Part shown: positions 40,607-50,596 of the stretch, piece after piece
How positions within the stretch are numbered: position 1 is the stretch's first letter
Layout of the letters: every line of letters begins with the position of its first letter
Virus record (IMG/VR): IMGVR_UViG_3300033121_002101
Span: 32,001-96,000 of that record
Length of the DNA stretch: 64,000 bases
From: a virus
Taxonomy: Duplodnaviria; Caudoviricetes
Strand: one strand, 5' to 3'
Position numbers and translations under genes: made by a program
The notes under the pieces: generated by a model
Seen by the model: the letters and a program-made list of their open reading frames with translations, nothing else
What the model was told of the DNA's origin: nothing
The model's database searches: none

Positions 40607-41663
40607 AGATAAAAAAACAGAATCAAGCTCAGCTTCTGGAGCAGGCGGATTTAGTTTACCAATCGGTCAAGAAGAACAAATTATCAAGTCGTTTATAAAA
40701 GGAAAAGTACGCGAAATCGTCAGAAAAAAGAACGGTAAGTACATTCTTTACGGACCAAACAAGGGTAAAAAGAAGAGAGCTTCAAAAGTCGGAGAATTTC
40801 CAACAAAAGCTCTTGCAAAACAAGCTGAGCTTAATAGATTTCCGCCAAGAGATCCTGAAAAATTAGCAAAGGCAAGAAAGAATGTAGATTCAATGTTAAA
40901 AAGAAAAAGAAAAGTTGAATCTAAGATTTTTAATTCGCTGCTTGAAGCTGCTGAAGAAGCATTAGATGATAATGAAGAAGATACTGCTATTGATCAGCCA
41001 GATGATCAAGATGCATCACTTGATGCAGATACACAAGGCATGCAGCAACCAGATGATGGTATTCAACAAGAACCAGATGCTGTAGCACCTGCTGTTTTGA
41101 AACCATCACATGATGACAAGAACCAAGACATTCCTCCGTCAAAGTGGGATGAGCTACTTGGTTCTATACCAAAAGATGTACTTAAAAGAGATAGTCGTTT
41201 AAGATCTTTACGTCAAAGAATAGAAAATCAGTCTATAAAAGCACTTGAAAAATCTGTTAAAAGATTGTCATCTGCAATTTCATACAAAGTGTCGCGTGGT
41301 GACGTTGGTCATGATAAGCTTGATAGACCATATATTACATGCACTATACAAACAGATAATGGAAAAGTTGGTCCAATATTCATGTTTGTCAAAGAAGGAT
41401 TGCTTCATGTTGTGTCAGATGGAAAAGTTAAATCTGATATTATGAAGCTTGCTCCAGAAGAAGCAAAAGAAATCAACTCTGCTTTAAGAGACTTGCCATC
41501 TTCATTTGATGAAGCAAAAATAGAACAAGCAATAGAAGGAAGAGATGAGTATCTGTCTGGGATAGAAGACAGTATAGATGATTTCTTGTCTGATTTAAAT
41601 GGTTTAGAAATGAGAATACTTAAAAGGTTACTTGTAGATAAGTATTCTTCGGAGGAAGTATGA
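40599..41663 (+). CDS. Prohead core/internal head protein
   Basis: Basic domain and acidic linker with I/L/V-x-E sites; head operon. Confidence 0.6.
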   Translation: MSEDKKTESSSASGAGGFSLPIGQEEQIIKSFIKGKVREIVRKKNGKYILYGPNKGKKKRASKVGEFPTKALAKQAELNRFPPRDPEKLAKARKNVDSMLKRKRKVESKIFNSLLEAAEEALDDNEEDTAIDQPDDQDASLDADTQGMQQPDDGIQQEPDAVAPAVLKPSHDDKNQDIPPSKWDELLGSIPKDVLKRDSRLRSLRQRIENQSIKALEKSVKRLSSAISYKVSRGDVGHDKLDRPYITCTIQTDNGKVGPIFMFVKEGLLHVVSDGKVKSDIMKLAPEEAKEINSALRDLPSSFDEAKIEQAIEGRDEYLSGIEDSIDDFLSDLNGLEMRILKRLLVDKYSSEEV

Positions 41664-42253
41664 AAAGACAGCTTTTAAGAGAATTTATATCTCTGCCTCA
41701 AACATTAACTGAAGGTGAAACATTGCCAAATGGAAAGTTAATGATAAAAGGAATAATACAGAGAGCAGAGACAAAAAATCAAAACAATAGAATCTATCCA
41801 AGATCTCTATTAATGAGAGAGATAGAATCATATCAAAAAGCAGTTAAAGAAAATAGAGCTGTTGGAGAACTAGACCACCCTGAATCTTCTACTGTGTCAT
41901 TTGACAGAGTTTCTCATATTGTTAGAGAGATGAATTGGAATGGTAATGACGTACACGGAATAATAGAAGTTCTTGATACACCAAAAGGCCAGATATTAAA
42001 AACTCTTTATAAGAGTGGAGTTGCGATCGGCATATCTTCTAGAGGTGTAGGTTCTACTTCAAAAAATGAATCTGGTTGTGACACTGTTCAAGATGACTTT
42101 AATTTAGTTGCTTTTGATATAGTTTCAGAGCCATCGACGCCAGGTGCTTACCTAAGAGAAGGCAAAGAAATAGACTGGGAACCAAATTCAGTACCAAGAG
42201 TTGATAGAGTCAATAGAGCAATCATTGGATTTTTGAATGGTAAGAAACAATGA
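41660..42253 (+). CDS. gp21: Prohead protease
   Basis: NQNNRIYP, GELDHP, TPKG, GISSRGVGS, FDIVSEPSTPGA. Confidence 0.95.
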   Translation: MKRQLLREFISLPQTLTEGETLPNGKLMIKGIIQRAETKNQNNRIYPRSLLMREIESYQKAVKENRAVGELDHPESSTVSFDRVSHIVREMNWNGNDVHGIIEVLDTPKGQILKTLYKSGVAIGISSRGVGSTSKNESGCDTVQDDFNLVAFDIVSEPSTPGAYLREGKEIDWEPNSVPRVDRVNRAIIGFLNGKKQ

Positions 42254-42687
42254 AACTATCAATTAGTGAACTGAATAAGATAATTTCAACTGCTGTAAAA
42301 GAAGAAGTTTCTAGAATACTTCCTGAAATTGTTGCAAATCATTTATCTGAAAGATTTATCAAAGCAGTCGCTGCTGACGTTTTAAGTGAATCAACACAAA
42401 CTACTAGCGTTAAACGTAAAGAAACAAAAGTAGAAAATAAAAAGAAAAATCCTATACTTTCAAAAATTATAGAATCACATGCAAAAGATGTTCTTGGTGA
42501 AGAAGAAGAATTGCCAAAAACAGTTATAAAAAGCAATAATGCAAACCCTCTGATGAGTAAGTCTAATCCATTTAGTTCACTTTATGAAAATGTAAATAAT
42601 GATGAACAAGATGCTTCTGAAGGTGTCTCTGTTGAGGCATTATGCTTTCTAGATCCAAGTACATTAAGAAAAATGGCGGGAATATGA
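42250..42687 (+). CDS. Internal head protein
   Basis: MKLSISELNKII..VKEE leader; several L/I-x-E sites; C-terminal LRKMAGI. Confidence 0.6.
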   Translation: MKLSISELNKIISTAVKEEVSRILPEIVANHLSERFIKAVAADVLSESTQTTSVKRKETKVENKKKNPILSKIIESHAKDVLGEEEELPKTVIKSNNANPLMSKSNPFSSLYENVNNDEQDASEGVSVEALCFLDPSTLRKMAGI

Positions 42688-43331
42688 GCGGCAATAAAAG
42701 AAGAGAAACTGTAAAAGTAGACGATCATGAAGCTCAACTATTCCCACAAGCTACTCCCCCTTCTTCGCCAGGTTCTGGGCAATCAAGACCTGATATGTCA
42801 GGTATTCGCGGCGGTTCTTTTTCTCAGTTATCTGTAGCATCAGGAGATGAATTTCCGTATGACAGAGATGGCAGAGGGAAAATAATGGGTAGAAGCTTTA
42901 CTCCAGGCTCTGTTAAATCAAGCGCATCAGATGAAACAACACCTAGACTTGTACCTGCAAATGAAAAAGATGATGAAGAATTAGAATCACCTTGGGAAAA
43001 ACTAGGTGAAGCAATGGGAATACCATTTAGCGTGTCATTATCATCTAGACAAGGCGCTAATTCTGGTATGTCATCAGTACCAGCTGCGTATACAGATAAT
43101 ACGCATGATGTAGACGATGATGATATTGAAAAAGCTGGCAGTTCTTCTGTTTGGGAAGAAATGGCGAGAATTTTAGATTCTCTTCTTTTGAGAAATAAAG
43201 CAGATAGCCGTGAAACAGTAGAAGATGATGATGATAATGAAACAGTTGATGATGATGACAATGATGATGAATTAGAAGCTAGCAGAACGTGGCGTGGATT
43301 ATCTCAGCCTAATTTTGCAAAAATAGAGTAA
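42684..43331 (+). CDS. Acidic, probably disordered head-region protein
   Basis: ATG 42684 in ATGA overlap; Asp-rich; W..L.E motif. Confidence 0.6.
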   Translation: MSGNKRRETVKVDDHEAQLFPQATPPSSPGSGQSRPDMSGIRGGSFSQLSVASGDEFPYDRDGRGKIMGRSFTPGSVKSSASDETTPRLVPANEKDDEELESPWEKLGEAMGIPFSVSLSSRQGANSGMSSVPAAYTDNTHDVDDDDIEKAGSSSVWEEMARILDSLLLRNKADSRETVEDDDDNETVDDDDNDDELEASRTWRGLSQPNFAKIE

Positions 43332-43366
43332 TAGTTTCGTTATTCATCCATATATGCAGTGAAGAC

Positions 43367-43660
43367 ATGAAGATTACAGTAAAAGAGCTAAAACGACTTG
43401 TTTATGAAGCAGTCGCTGAAGCAAGAAAGAACGATGATCGTTCTAAAAAAAATAAAAAGAAGGGAGCAGCACCTAAAACAAAAAGGGGCCCTGATGGATA
43501 TTTGGAAGATCCCGTACTTGACCTTTCTCGTCCGCCAAGCGGAGGAGGCCGTCTTAAAAGACAAGGTGCGGTTGTCGCTCCACCTGTTTTAACATCTGAA
43601 CAAAAAATTTCTGTAATGATTCAAGGTCTAGTAAAAGAAGCATTAAAAAATAAGAAGTAA
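43367..43660 (+). CDS. Small basic internal head protein
   Basis: MKITVKELKRLVYE leader; Lys-rich. Confidence 0.65.
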   Translation: MKITVKELKRLVYEAVAEARKNDDRSKKNKKKGAAPKTKRGPDGYLEDPVLDLSRPPSGGGRLKRQGAVVAPPVLTSEQKISVMIQGLVKEALKNKK

Positions 43661-43695
43661 GATTTTTGAAATAAAGCGTAAAAAATTACTAGCTT

Positions 43696-43702
43696 CTACT
43701 TA
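43696..43702 (+). promoter_or_regulatory. Candidate late promoter CTACTTA upstream of scaffold/MCP
   Basis: Identical to the motif at 10187; intergenic; precedes SD GAGG. Confidence 0.5.
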
Positions 43703-43724
43703 AACACCAAGAGGACAATAAACG

Positions 43725-44723
43725 ATGGGCGATAGTATTACTGATAAAGCTGTGAGGGACGCGAAAGAGATCGCTGAACTTGCACGTGAAGCGGCGAGGA
43801 ATGAAATATTGGAGAGTATGTCTCCAGGCATTTCAAGACTTGTCGACAGAGCTGTCAAAGATCGACTTGCACAAACGAACATTCTTTCTGAAGGAGATAC
43901 TAAAATGAGTGGTAGCAACAACGACGATCTCGAGCTCGAGTCGATCGCAGGCGTTTTCAGCGGCATTAATGAAGAAGAAGATGAGGGCGACGGTGTGCAT
44001 GTTGACATCGGTTCTCATGACTTAGAAGAAGCAGAAATTCCAGATCTCGATCAAATGGAATCTCTTGATAGTGACCTTGATGAGGAAATAGAAATTGATG
44101 AGGCCGAATTGAACAAACATATGGAAGAAAGCTTAAAGCTTGAAGTTCAAATGTCTAAGGGACTTGCCGACCTAGACCTCTCAGGTAAAGAGGAAGTTGA
44201 CCAAGGAAATGCTGTACACGATGTAAAAGGTGGAGAGCAGTATTTCGGTGATGTAGAGCCTCCTGCAAAGAAAGATTTTACTGTAAAAGAGATTAAAGCT
44301 CTTATACGCAAGGGTCTTGCTGAGAATGAGCGTCTGCGTAAGGAAAACAGAGTTCTTCGCGAGAAATCACAGAAGCTCATGGAACATCTTTCACGCACAA
44401 ACCTTTTCAACTCAAAGGTTCAAGCTGTAAACAGCATTTTCTCTGAGAATCGTGAGCTCAATGGAAAGCAGAAGCGTAGAGTTGTAGAGTCAATTGACAA
44501 AGCAAAGACAGTTTCTGAAGTAAAGAATATTGCGAATGCAATATCAAGCACGCTTGATAAGAGACAAGTCCAAGAGTCTAAGCAGAAGCCAAGAGCAAAT
44601 GCACAAAGACCACGTGGCAAAGGTGCAGACAACAGAACCATTAGAGAGTCTGTAGACAAGTCATCAAACGAATCTCCACTGTATAATCGTTGGCAAGAAC
44701 TTAGTGGAATTGTCAACGGTTGA
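43725..44723 (+). CDS. Prohead scaffolding protein (gp22-like)
   Basis: Acidic and coiled-coil; NLFNSK, RWQELSG terminus; immediately before MCP. Confidence 0.8.
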   Translation: MGDSITDKAVRDAKEIAELAREAARNEILESMSPGISRLVDRAVKDRLAQTNILSEGDTKMSGSNNDDLELESIAGVFSGINEEEDEGDGVHVDIGSHDLEEAEIPDLDQMESLDSDLDEEIEIDEAELNKHMEESLKLEVQMSKGLADLDLSGKEEVDQGNAVHDVKGGEQYFGDVEPPAKKDFTVKEIKALIRKGLAENERLRKENRVLREKSQKLMEHLSRTNLFNSKVQAVNSIFSENRELNGKQKRRVVESIDKAKTVSEVKNIANAISSTLDKRQVQESKQKPRANAQRPRGKGADNRTIRESVDKSSNESPLYNRWQELSGIVNG

Positions 44724-44792
44724 TTTAACAACAACATAGATATTAGATTATAGTAGTAATTTTTAAAGAAAGTAACGAAAGGAAACACGACG

Positions 44793-46481
44793 ATGGGTCT
44801 CAACGTACTGAACGAGCAGCTCACAGAGGGGCTCGTCGAGCGCAACATGATAAAAGAGTCAAAGAGATTAGTAGAAAAGTGGTCAAAGACTGGTCTACTC
44901 GCAGGAAACATCAGCGAAGGTCGCAAGGCAACACTTGCGAGACTGATGGAAAACCAAGCAGGCTGGCTTCTGAAAGAAGCGAACGTTCAAGCTGATATTA
45001 TCGGCTTCCAAAACGTTGCTTTCCCAATGATTAGACGTGTATTCGGTGGGCTCATCGCAAATGAGCTTGTCGGTGTACAACCGATGTCATTACCATCAGG
45101 ACTCATCTTCTACATGGACTATCGCTATGACACTGTAAAGGCTGGTAACACAGCAGATGACTTTGCAGTTGGTTCAAGCGTGTTCGGTACAAGACAGAAC
45201 CTGCAATCGCAAGATGGTGCTGGCGCGTTCTACAACTTGGGTGGAACTTCTTTCTCACAACGTGAACGCGTATCGACAGCCACATTCTCAGGTTCATGGT
45301 CAACTCCAAACATGGGAGATATTGATCACGATCCAGATCTTTCAGGTTCATTCTCAGCTTTAAGGAAGTTGACACTGACATCTGCATACTCAATCCTGCA
45401 AGGATCGGGTTCTCTTTACGGAACGGCTGACCTTAAGCAGTGGGTACCACTGTCTGGTACATCAACGTCGTTTACATCGACAAGTGATGGTACACCAGTA
45501 GCTGTTGGTGCAACAACAACAGACGTTGCAAAGGTTTACAGACGCTTTACAAAAGTATCTGGTAACGATCTTGTGTTTATCGTTTCAGGTTCTGCTGCAA
45601 CACTTGGAAACATTGCTGGTAATACAGCACTCAAGGTTTCATACCTTGTAGGTGCTACACTGACAGGTGGTACATCAGGTACAATGGTACTTGACCCATA
45701 TGAGTCAGACATGGCAGCTTCGCCAACACCACAAATTCCAGAACTTGACTTTAGAATTCAGAGTGAAGCTGTTACAGCTCAGTCAAGAAAACTGAAAGCT
45801 AAGTGGACCCCAGAGCTTGCTCAGGACCTCGCAGCTTACCAGAACCTTGACGCAGAAGTAGAGCTCACAACTCTGATGTCAGAGCAAGTTGCTCTTGAAA
45901 TCGATCGTGAAATTCTGCAAGATATTCTTGTTGGTGCAACTGGCGCACGCATGTACTGGTCACGTAAGCCAGGTAACTTTGTTGATAAGAACACTGGTGC
46001 TGCTCTCACAGGCACATCATTCACAGGTAACGTACAAGATTGGTACTCAACTCTCGTTGAGAGATGTATTGATGCTGGAAACGCTATCCACAACAAGACA
46101 CTGCGTGGAACTGCAAACTTCCTGGTATGTAACCCAGTTGTTTGCACAATCCTTGAGTTCACACTCGCATTCAAGGCGCAAATGTCGCTCGATCCAAAGG
46201 AGTCTACTTTCACAGTAGGTGCTGAAAAGGCTGGTAGCTTGTCAAACAAGTATACAGTTTATAAGGACCCATACTTCCCAAAGAGCAAGATTCTGATTGG
46301 ATATAAGGGAACTGGATATCTTGAAGTTGGTTATATCTACGCTCCATATGTGCCACTGATTGTAACACCAACAATCTATGCACCAGAAGACGGTACACCA
46401 CGCAAGATGATGATGACGAGATATGCTAAGAAGATGGTTCGCTCTGACTTCTATGCAACAATCACTGTAATGGACCTCTGA
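44793..46481 (+). CDS. gp23: Major capsid protein
   Basis: KWSKTGLL, VQPMSLPSGLIFY, SRKLKAKWTPELAQDL, EIDREI, YAPYVPL, MTRY. Confidence 0.97.
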   Translation: MGLNVLNEQLTEGLVERNMIKESKRLVEKWSKTGLLAGNISEGRKATLARLMENQAGWLLKEANVQADIIGFQNVAFPMIRRVFGGLIANELVGVQPMSLPSGLIFYMDYRYDTVKAGNTADDFAVGSSVFGTRQNLQSQDGAGAFYNLGGTSFSQRERVSTATFSGSWSTPNMGDIDHDPDLSGSFSALRKLTLTSAYSILQGSGSLYGTADLKQWVPLSGTSTSFTSTSDGTPVAVGATTTDVAKVYRRFTKVSGNDLVFIVSGSAATLGNIAGNTALKVSYLVGATLTGGTSGTMVLDPYESDMAASPTPQIPELDFRIQSEAVTAQSRKLKAKWTPELAQDLAAYQNLDAEVELTTLMSEQVALEIDREILQDILVGATGARMYWSRKPGNFVDKNTGAALTGTSFTGNVQDWYSTLVERCIDAGNAIHNKTLRGTANFLVCNPVVCTILEFTLAFKAQMSLDPKESTFTVGAEKAGSLSNKYTVYKDPYFPKSKILIGYKGTGYLEVGYIYAPYVPLIVTPTIYAPEDGTPRKMMMTRYAKKMVRSDFYATITVMDL

Positions 46482-46507
46482 TAGAGTAACGAAGATTGTT
46501 AACTAAC

Positions 46508-46544
46508 ATGGCAACCAACGGAAGTTGGTTGCCATTGTGTTATT
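46508..46544 (+). terminator. Intrinsic terminator after major capsid gene
   Basis: Perfect 12-bp stem atggcaaccaac/gttggttgccat with GGAA (GNRA) loop, then a T-rich tract. Confidence 0.8.
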
Positions 46545-46551
46545 ATAATTC

Positions 46552-46887
46552 ATGTCATCGGTAAAAACAAAGGCAAAAACAAAAAAGAAGACAAAACAGA
46601 AAATTAATTCTGTGCGAGATGATATTGATTTAGAATCATATAACTTTAAAAGAAAGTTTGTTTTAGTAAAAGTAGATGAATTAGCAGATGACTTCAAGTA
46701 TCCACCAGATGTTTGGCTTCTTGGAAATGATTTAGAATCTGCAAAAAAGAAATTTATTGAAATGACTAAAACAGGACAAGTCTGTGTTAGTGATTGTGAT
46801 TATGCAATTTGCGTGCTGGATATAGCTTGTCTTGTTAATCCACCAGAAGTTATTACATTTACTGATTCTGTGAATTTTTATTCGTAA
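46552..46887 (+). CDS. Hypothetical protein, Lys-rich N-terminus
   Basis: KTKAKTKKKTKQK tail; similar layout to the next two ORFs. Confidence 0.7.
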   Translation: MSSVKTKAKTKKKTKQKINSVRDDIDLESYNFKRKFVLVKVDELADDFKYPPDVWLLGNDLESAKKKFIEMTKTGQVCVSDCDYAICVLDIACLVNPPEVITFTDSVNFYS

Positions 46888-46915
46888 AAAAGTGATTGAA
46901 AAAAGGAGAAATTTT

Positions 46916-47215
46916 ATGGCTAAGAAGAAGACTGCGACTGCAAACGATAAGAAGTTGAAGGCTCTTGAGAAGAAGCTTTATTTTATTTGTGATAAAGACG
47001 ATCTTGATGATGAGAATGAGTCTGAATGCATTGAAGGAGCGAACCTTTTTATTGCAACTGAAGAGTGCCTTGAAGAGCACATTTCAAAGTATGCAAAAGA
47101 TAGAGCTGATGATCAAGGGTATGATCTTGATGAATTGAGCTTTGTTGTTTTTGAGGTGAAGAAAGTTGGAGATGTATCTGTTTCTTCGAATCCTGTCGTT
47201 AAACTTTCAAAGTGA
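46916..47215 (+). CDS. Hypothetical acidic protein, Lys-rich N-terminus
   Basis: SD AAGGAG before ATG 46916. Confidence 0.7.
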   Translation: MAKKKTATANDKKLKALEKKLYFICDKDDLDDENESECIEGANLFIATEECLEEHISKYAKDRADDQGYDLDELSFVVFEVKKVGDVSVSSNPVVKLSK

Positions 47216-47218
47216 TAA

Positions 47219-47485
47219 ATGATTATGGCTTCTAAAAAAACTTCAAAGAGAGCAGTAGAAAAAGTTAAAAAGTATGTTTTTTGGAGACTTGAAGATGAAC
47301 ACTCAAGTTCTATTGATGAAGTATTCCACGTTGAATGTTTGAAATGTGATTTGCCAAAAAAGATAGAAGAATTCTTTGACGCAAGAACAATCAATTATTC
47401 AGATTCTACTTTTTGCGTTTTTGAATTAGCTGAAGTTGACGGCAAATCGCTTTTTAAATTTGAAAAGAAAGTAACACTTTACTAA
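47219..47485 (+). CDS. Hypothetical protein, Lys-rich N-terminus
   Basis: Shares F.VFE motif with the upstream ORF. Confidence 0.7.
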   Translation: MIMASKKTSKRAVEKVKKYVFWRLEDEHSSSIDEVFHVECLKCDLPKKIEEFFDARTINYSDSTFCVFELAEVDGKSLFKFEKKVTLY

Positions 47486-47785
47486 ATGATAGTAATTCCA
47501 AAAGATGATTATGTTTTAGTCGTGCCATCTGAAATATCAGATCGACTTGAATCTGGCTTATACGTTCCTCAGACAGCTGAAGATCGTGGTGCAGTTAGGT
47601 GCACTGTCGTAGATGTCGGTCTTGGCAACTTTGTGAATGGTGCAAGAGTACACCCTGATGTACGCAAGGGTGATGAAGTTCTTCTTGCTCCGTATTGTAA
47701 TAACAGTGGAATTGAAGTAAGAATCTCTGGCAAGAAACATTTGCTTGTAAGATCAAATGATATTGTTGCGATTATAAGAGATTAA
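47486..47785 (+). CDS. groES: Co-chaperonin GroES
   Basis: PKDDYVLV, SGLYVP, VVDVGLG, VRKGDEV, DIVAI. Confidence 0.9.
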   Translation: MIVIPKDDYVLVVPSEISDRLESGLYVPQTAEDRGAVRCTVVDVGLGNFVNGARVHPDVRKGDEVLLAPYCNNSGIEVRISGKKHLLVRSNDIVAIIRD

Positions 47786-47814
47786 GTATTTAAAATTTAA
47801 ATTCTCTGTAAGCC

Positions 47815-47858
47815 AAAGGCCAATCATTAGCGAATAATTAAGCTAATGATTGGCCTTT
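47815..47858 (+). promoter_or_regulatory. Perfect 17-bp hairpin with ATAATTA in the loop; 3' arm contains ATG 47846
   Basis: aaaggccaatcattagc-gaataattaa-gctaatgattggccttt. Confidence 0.75.
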
Positions 47859-50569
47859 CTGCTATTGATAAGAGACTGCAAGAGTCATTTGGAATCAAGA
47901 AAAACATTGATGAAGTGACTGTTGGCAATATGGTTAGATTGATGGGAATCCCTGAAACAGATGCTATTAGATTACATTCACTTTATGGCAACTCAAATGT
48001 AATCGCAGAAGCATATAAAGTTTATTACGATTTTTACAAAAAAAATCAAATATCTGATCAAGTGTTCATGTATTTGCTTTCTAATTTTGTAAAGCAATAT
48101 AAAAACTTACTCGAAGAAATGAGAGAATTCTTCAAAAGATTCCCAAAAGAAGAATTAATATTCGTTAAAAGAATAAAAAACAAAGAGTTTACAGATGTTG
48201 ATGATTTGTTTTCTGCGTTTAAACATTTAAGCATTGAAAAACAGTATAGAAAGCCAAACTTACCAGTTGTATTGTCGTTTGATGATGGATTTAGATGGGT
48301 CTTATTAAGGAATCAAAAAGACTGTGATGATGAGGGTATCTTGATGAAGCACTGCGGAGGAGCACATGGAACAATGTATTCTCTCAGAGATTCAAATGAT
48401 AAGCCACACGTCACTGCAGACGTAGAATATTTGGGTAATGAAGACTGGAAAAACATGATTTCTCAACTTAGAGGAAGAGCAAACACACAACCAAAAGAAC
48501 AATATACTGCTTACATTGTCGCGTTTGCTAAAAAAATGAATGCAATTTTATATGACAAAGAACTTGATAAAGAATATAAAAAAAATATAAACTTAAAAGC
48601 TTTCTTTGATAAGAAAATAGACAATGATTCGTTAACTGAAATGACTGTAGGAAATATGGTCAGGTTAATGAAAATTCAAGAAAAAGATGCTAAAATATTG
48701 TATTCTGCTTTTGGAAATTCAAACATAGCACCTGTAATGTATAAGCTTTATATCAGTGCATTTCAAAATTACGATGACAGTGATGACTCTTTTAGTATGG
48801 CTGATAACTTTATTAAGCAATACAGTAAAACAGTTGAAGAAATGAAAGAGTTCTTTAAAAGATTTCCAAAAATAGAATCTTCTTTTATAAAGAAGATACA
48901 AAGCGAAGAAATAACTGAAATTTCAGAATTTATATATCAATTTAAGCATTTAGAATCTGAAAAAATACCACAGAAAAATCATGAAAAATTATTAAGTTTT
49001 GAAGATGGTTATAGTTGGGTTTTGATAGACGATGAAAAAGGATGTAGAGATGAAGGAGGTTTAATGAAACACTGTGGACAAGCAGTTGGTAAAATGCTCT
49101 CACTGAGAGATGAATATAACAAACCGCATGTAACAGTTGATCTTATACCAAGAAGCAAAATAAGGAGATCAGATGAGCTTGACAAGTTCAAAGATATAAT
49201 ACATCAACTCAGAGGATATGCAAATTCAATACCAAAACAAAAATATTTTGGTAAAATTATTGCTTTGATGAAAAAAGTAAATGCACCAATAACAGATAAA
49301 ATGGTTAAAGGTGAAATTGTACATGCTTTAAATTTAAAAGCTCTTGGATTTGATTATCCAAAAGATTTAGAAGAATGGGATGAAGAATACTTTGGAGACA
49401 ACGATGACATGATTGACAATGAGTCAGTTGTTCATGAAGCTCCGACAAAAAAAGATTCTCCTGCAATAACAGCTCAGAGAAATTTGCCAAGAGAAATTGT
49501 TAATGCAATAACTTCACAGTCTACTTTAAGACAAACAGTTTGGTCGCTTTCACATCTGCCAAAAGGAACACAATCTGCTCGTTTAATTCGCTACATGGAA
49601 GATAAAGGTTGGAGATCTTTTACAGTAAATGGTAAAAAGCTTTTCTATCATGCTAGAACTTATAAACTAAGAGAGCCAGTAAAGTCAGTTCCGCAAACTC
49701 TATACGGCATCTATTCTCTTCTGAAACCACTTGAACAAGATGACATGGGAAGAGAAATGGTTGATTTAAAGCTGCAAAAGCTTTGGGGAATCAGAGAAAT
49801 ACCAGGGTCTAGCGGAATGGAATTTGTGCAGTCTTCTGTTCCATCTGAAAGACTTCTTAGATATCTTACATCTGTTGCTCCTAATGCAAACGAATTAGCT
49901 GATCAGCTATACAGACATACTGGAATATCAATTGAGCCAATAACTTCTACAATGGAAATTGGTACGCCAGTAGATTACAAAAACGCTTCAAGAACTGATT
50001 TACCGGACGGTGTGTTACCAGAAGATATTATTGTAATTGCAGAAGGTGGGTCAATGTATTCACTTCTTGCAAAAAACTTTACCGCAGGTGTAGTTCATGA
50101 TTCGAGTGCAGTTATTGATTCAGGATCTATAAAAGTACAAGGAAAACAAGACCCAACACCAAGTTCTGCACGTGGAGAACCGTCAGCGTCTGGTCTTGGA
50201 AAAGACTGGGAAGATTTAAGAAGCAAATATGGAATGAACAAAAATAAAGATTTTGGAAAAGAAAATTTTGATGATGTTCAAGAAGACAATGTAAAAATTG
50301 TTGGCACAGGATTTCTTTGGAGAGTTTATAAAAAAGCAAAAGAATCAAATGTTCAGTCAATATTCTTGGTCCAAGAAGGATCAAAATCGATCGATACAAT
50401 GAGAGCTTCACTTAGCTACTCACGCGGCGGAATATACGATGAAAATGTTAGAGTTGCAAGAAATATAAGAAAAACGGGTGGGCTTCCAATAAGAGCTGGA
50501 AAGTGGGAAACAGAAGATCTTGGCAAGTATCTAAGAATGTTTCACAGAGATTATGGAACCACGCTGTGA
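47846..50569 (+). CDS. Multidomain protein with two tandem PcfJ-like domains
   Basis: Two copies of EG.LMKHCG...SLRD..KPHVT...QLRG.AN..P. Confidence 0.75.
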   Translation: MIGLSAIDKRLQESFGIKKNIDEVTVGNMVRLMGIPETDAIRLHSLYGNSNVIAEAYKVYYDFYKKNQISDQVFMYLLSNFVKQYKNLLEEMREFFKRFPKEELIFVKRIKNKEFTDVDDLFSAFKHLSIEKQYRKPNLPVVLSFDDGFRWVLLRNQKDCDDEGILMKHCGGAHGTMYSLRDSNDKPHVTADVEYLGNEDWKNMISQLRGRANTQPKEQYTAYIVAFAKKMNAILYDKELDKEYKKNINLKAFFDKKIDNDSLTEMTVGNMVRLMKIQEKDAKILYSAFGNSNIAPVMYKLYISAFQNYDDSDDSFSMADNFIKQYSKTVEEMKEFFKRFPKIESSFIKKIQSEEITEISEFIYQFKHLESEKIPQKNHEKLLSFEDGYSWVLIDDEKGCRDEGGLMKHCGQAVGKMLSLRDEYNKPHVTVDLIPRSKIRRSDELDKFKDIIHQLRGYANSIPKQKYFGKIIALMKKVNAPITDKMVKGEIVHALNLKALGFDYPKDLEEWDEEYFGDNDDMIDNESVVHEAPTKKDSPAITAQRNLPREIVNAITSQSTLRQTVWSLSHLPKGTQSARLIRYMEDKGWRSFTVNGKKLFYHARTYKLREPVKSVPQTLYGIYSLLKPLEQDDMGREMVDLKLQKLWGIREIPGSSGMEFVQSSVPSERLLRYLTSVAPNANELADQLYRHTGISIEPITSTMEIGTPVDYKNASRTDLPDGVLPEDIIVIAEGGSMYSLLAKNFTAGVVHDSSAVIDSGSIKVQGKQDPTPSSARGEPSASGLGKDWEDLRSKYGMNKNKDFGKENFDDVQEDNVKIVGTGFLWRVYKKAKESNVQSIFLVQEGSKSIDTMRASLSYSRGGIYDENVRVARNIRKTGGLPIRAGKWETEDLGKYLRMFHRDYGTTL
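47915..49345 (+). repeat. Internal tandem duplication, period 726 bp (242 aa)
   Basis: TVGNMVRLM units start at 47915 and 48641; both end NLKA. Confidence 0.9.
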
Positions 50570-50574
50570 CAGTA

Positions 50575-50581
50575 ATACTTA
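50575..50581 (+). promoter_or_regulatory. Candidate late promoter ATACTTA
   Basis: Intergenic, within short hairpin agtaa-tac-ttact. Confidence 0.45.
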
Positions 50582-50596
50582 CTTGAAGGGATTAAA

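Noticed and set aside
46544-46549. Perfect TATAAT as a sigma70 -10 box
   Set aside because: Only 2 nt before the ATG and no -35 at proper spacing; the overlapping extended -10 reading fits better
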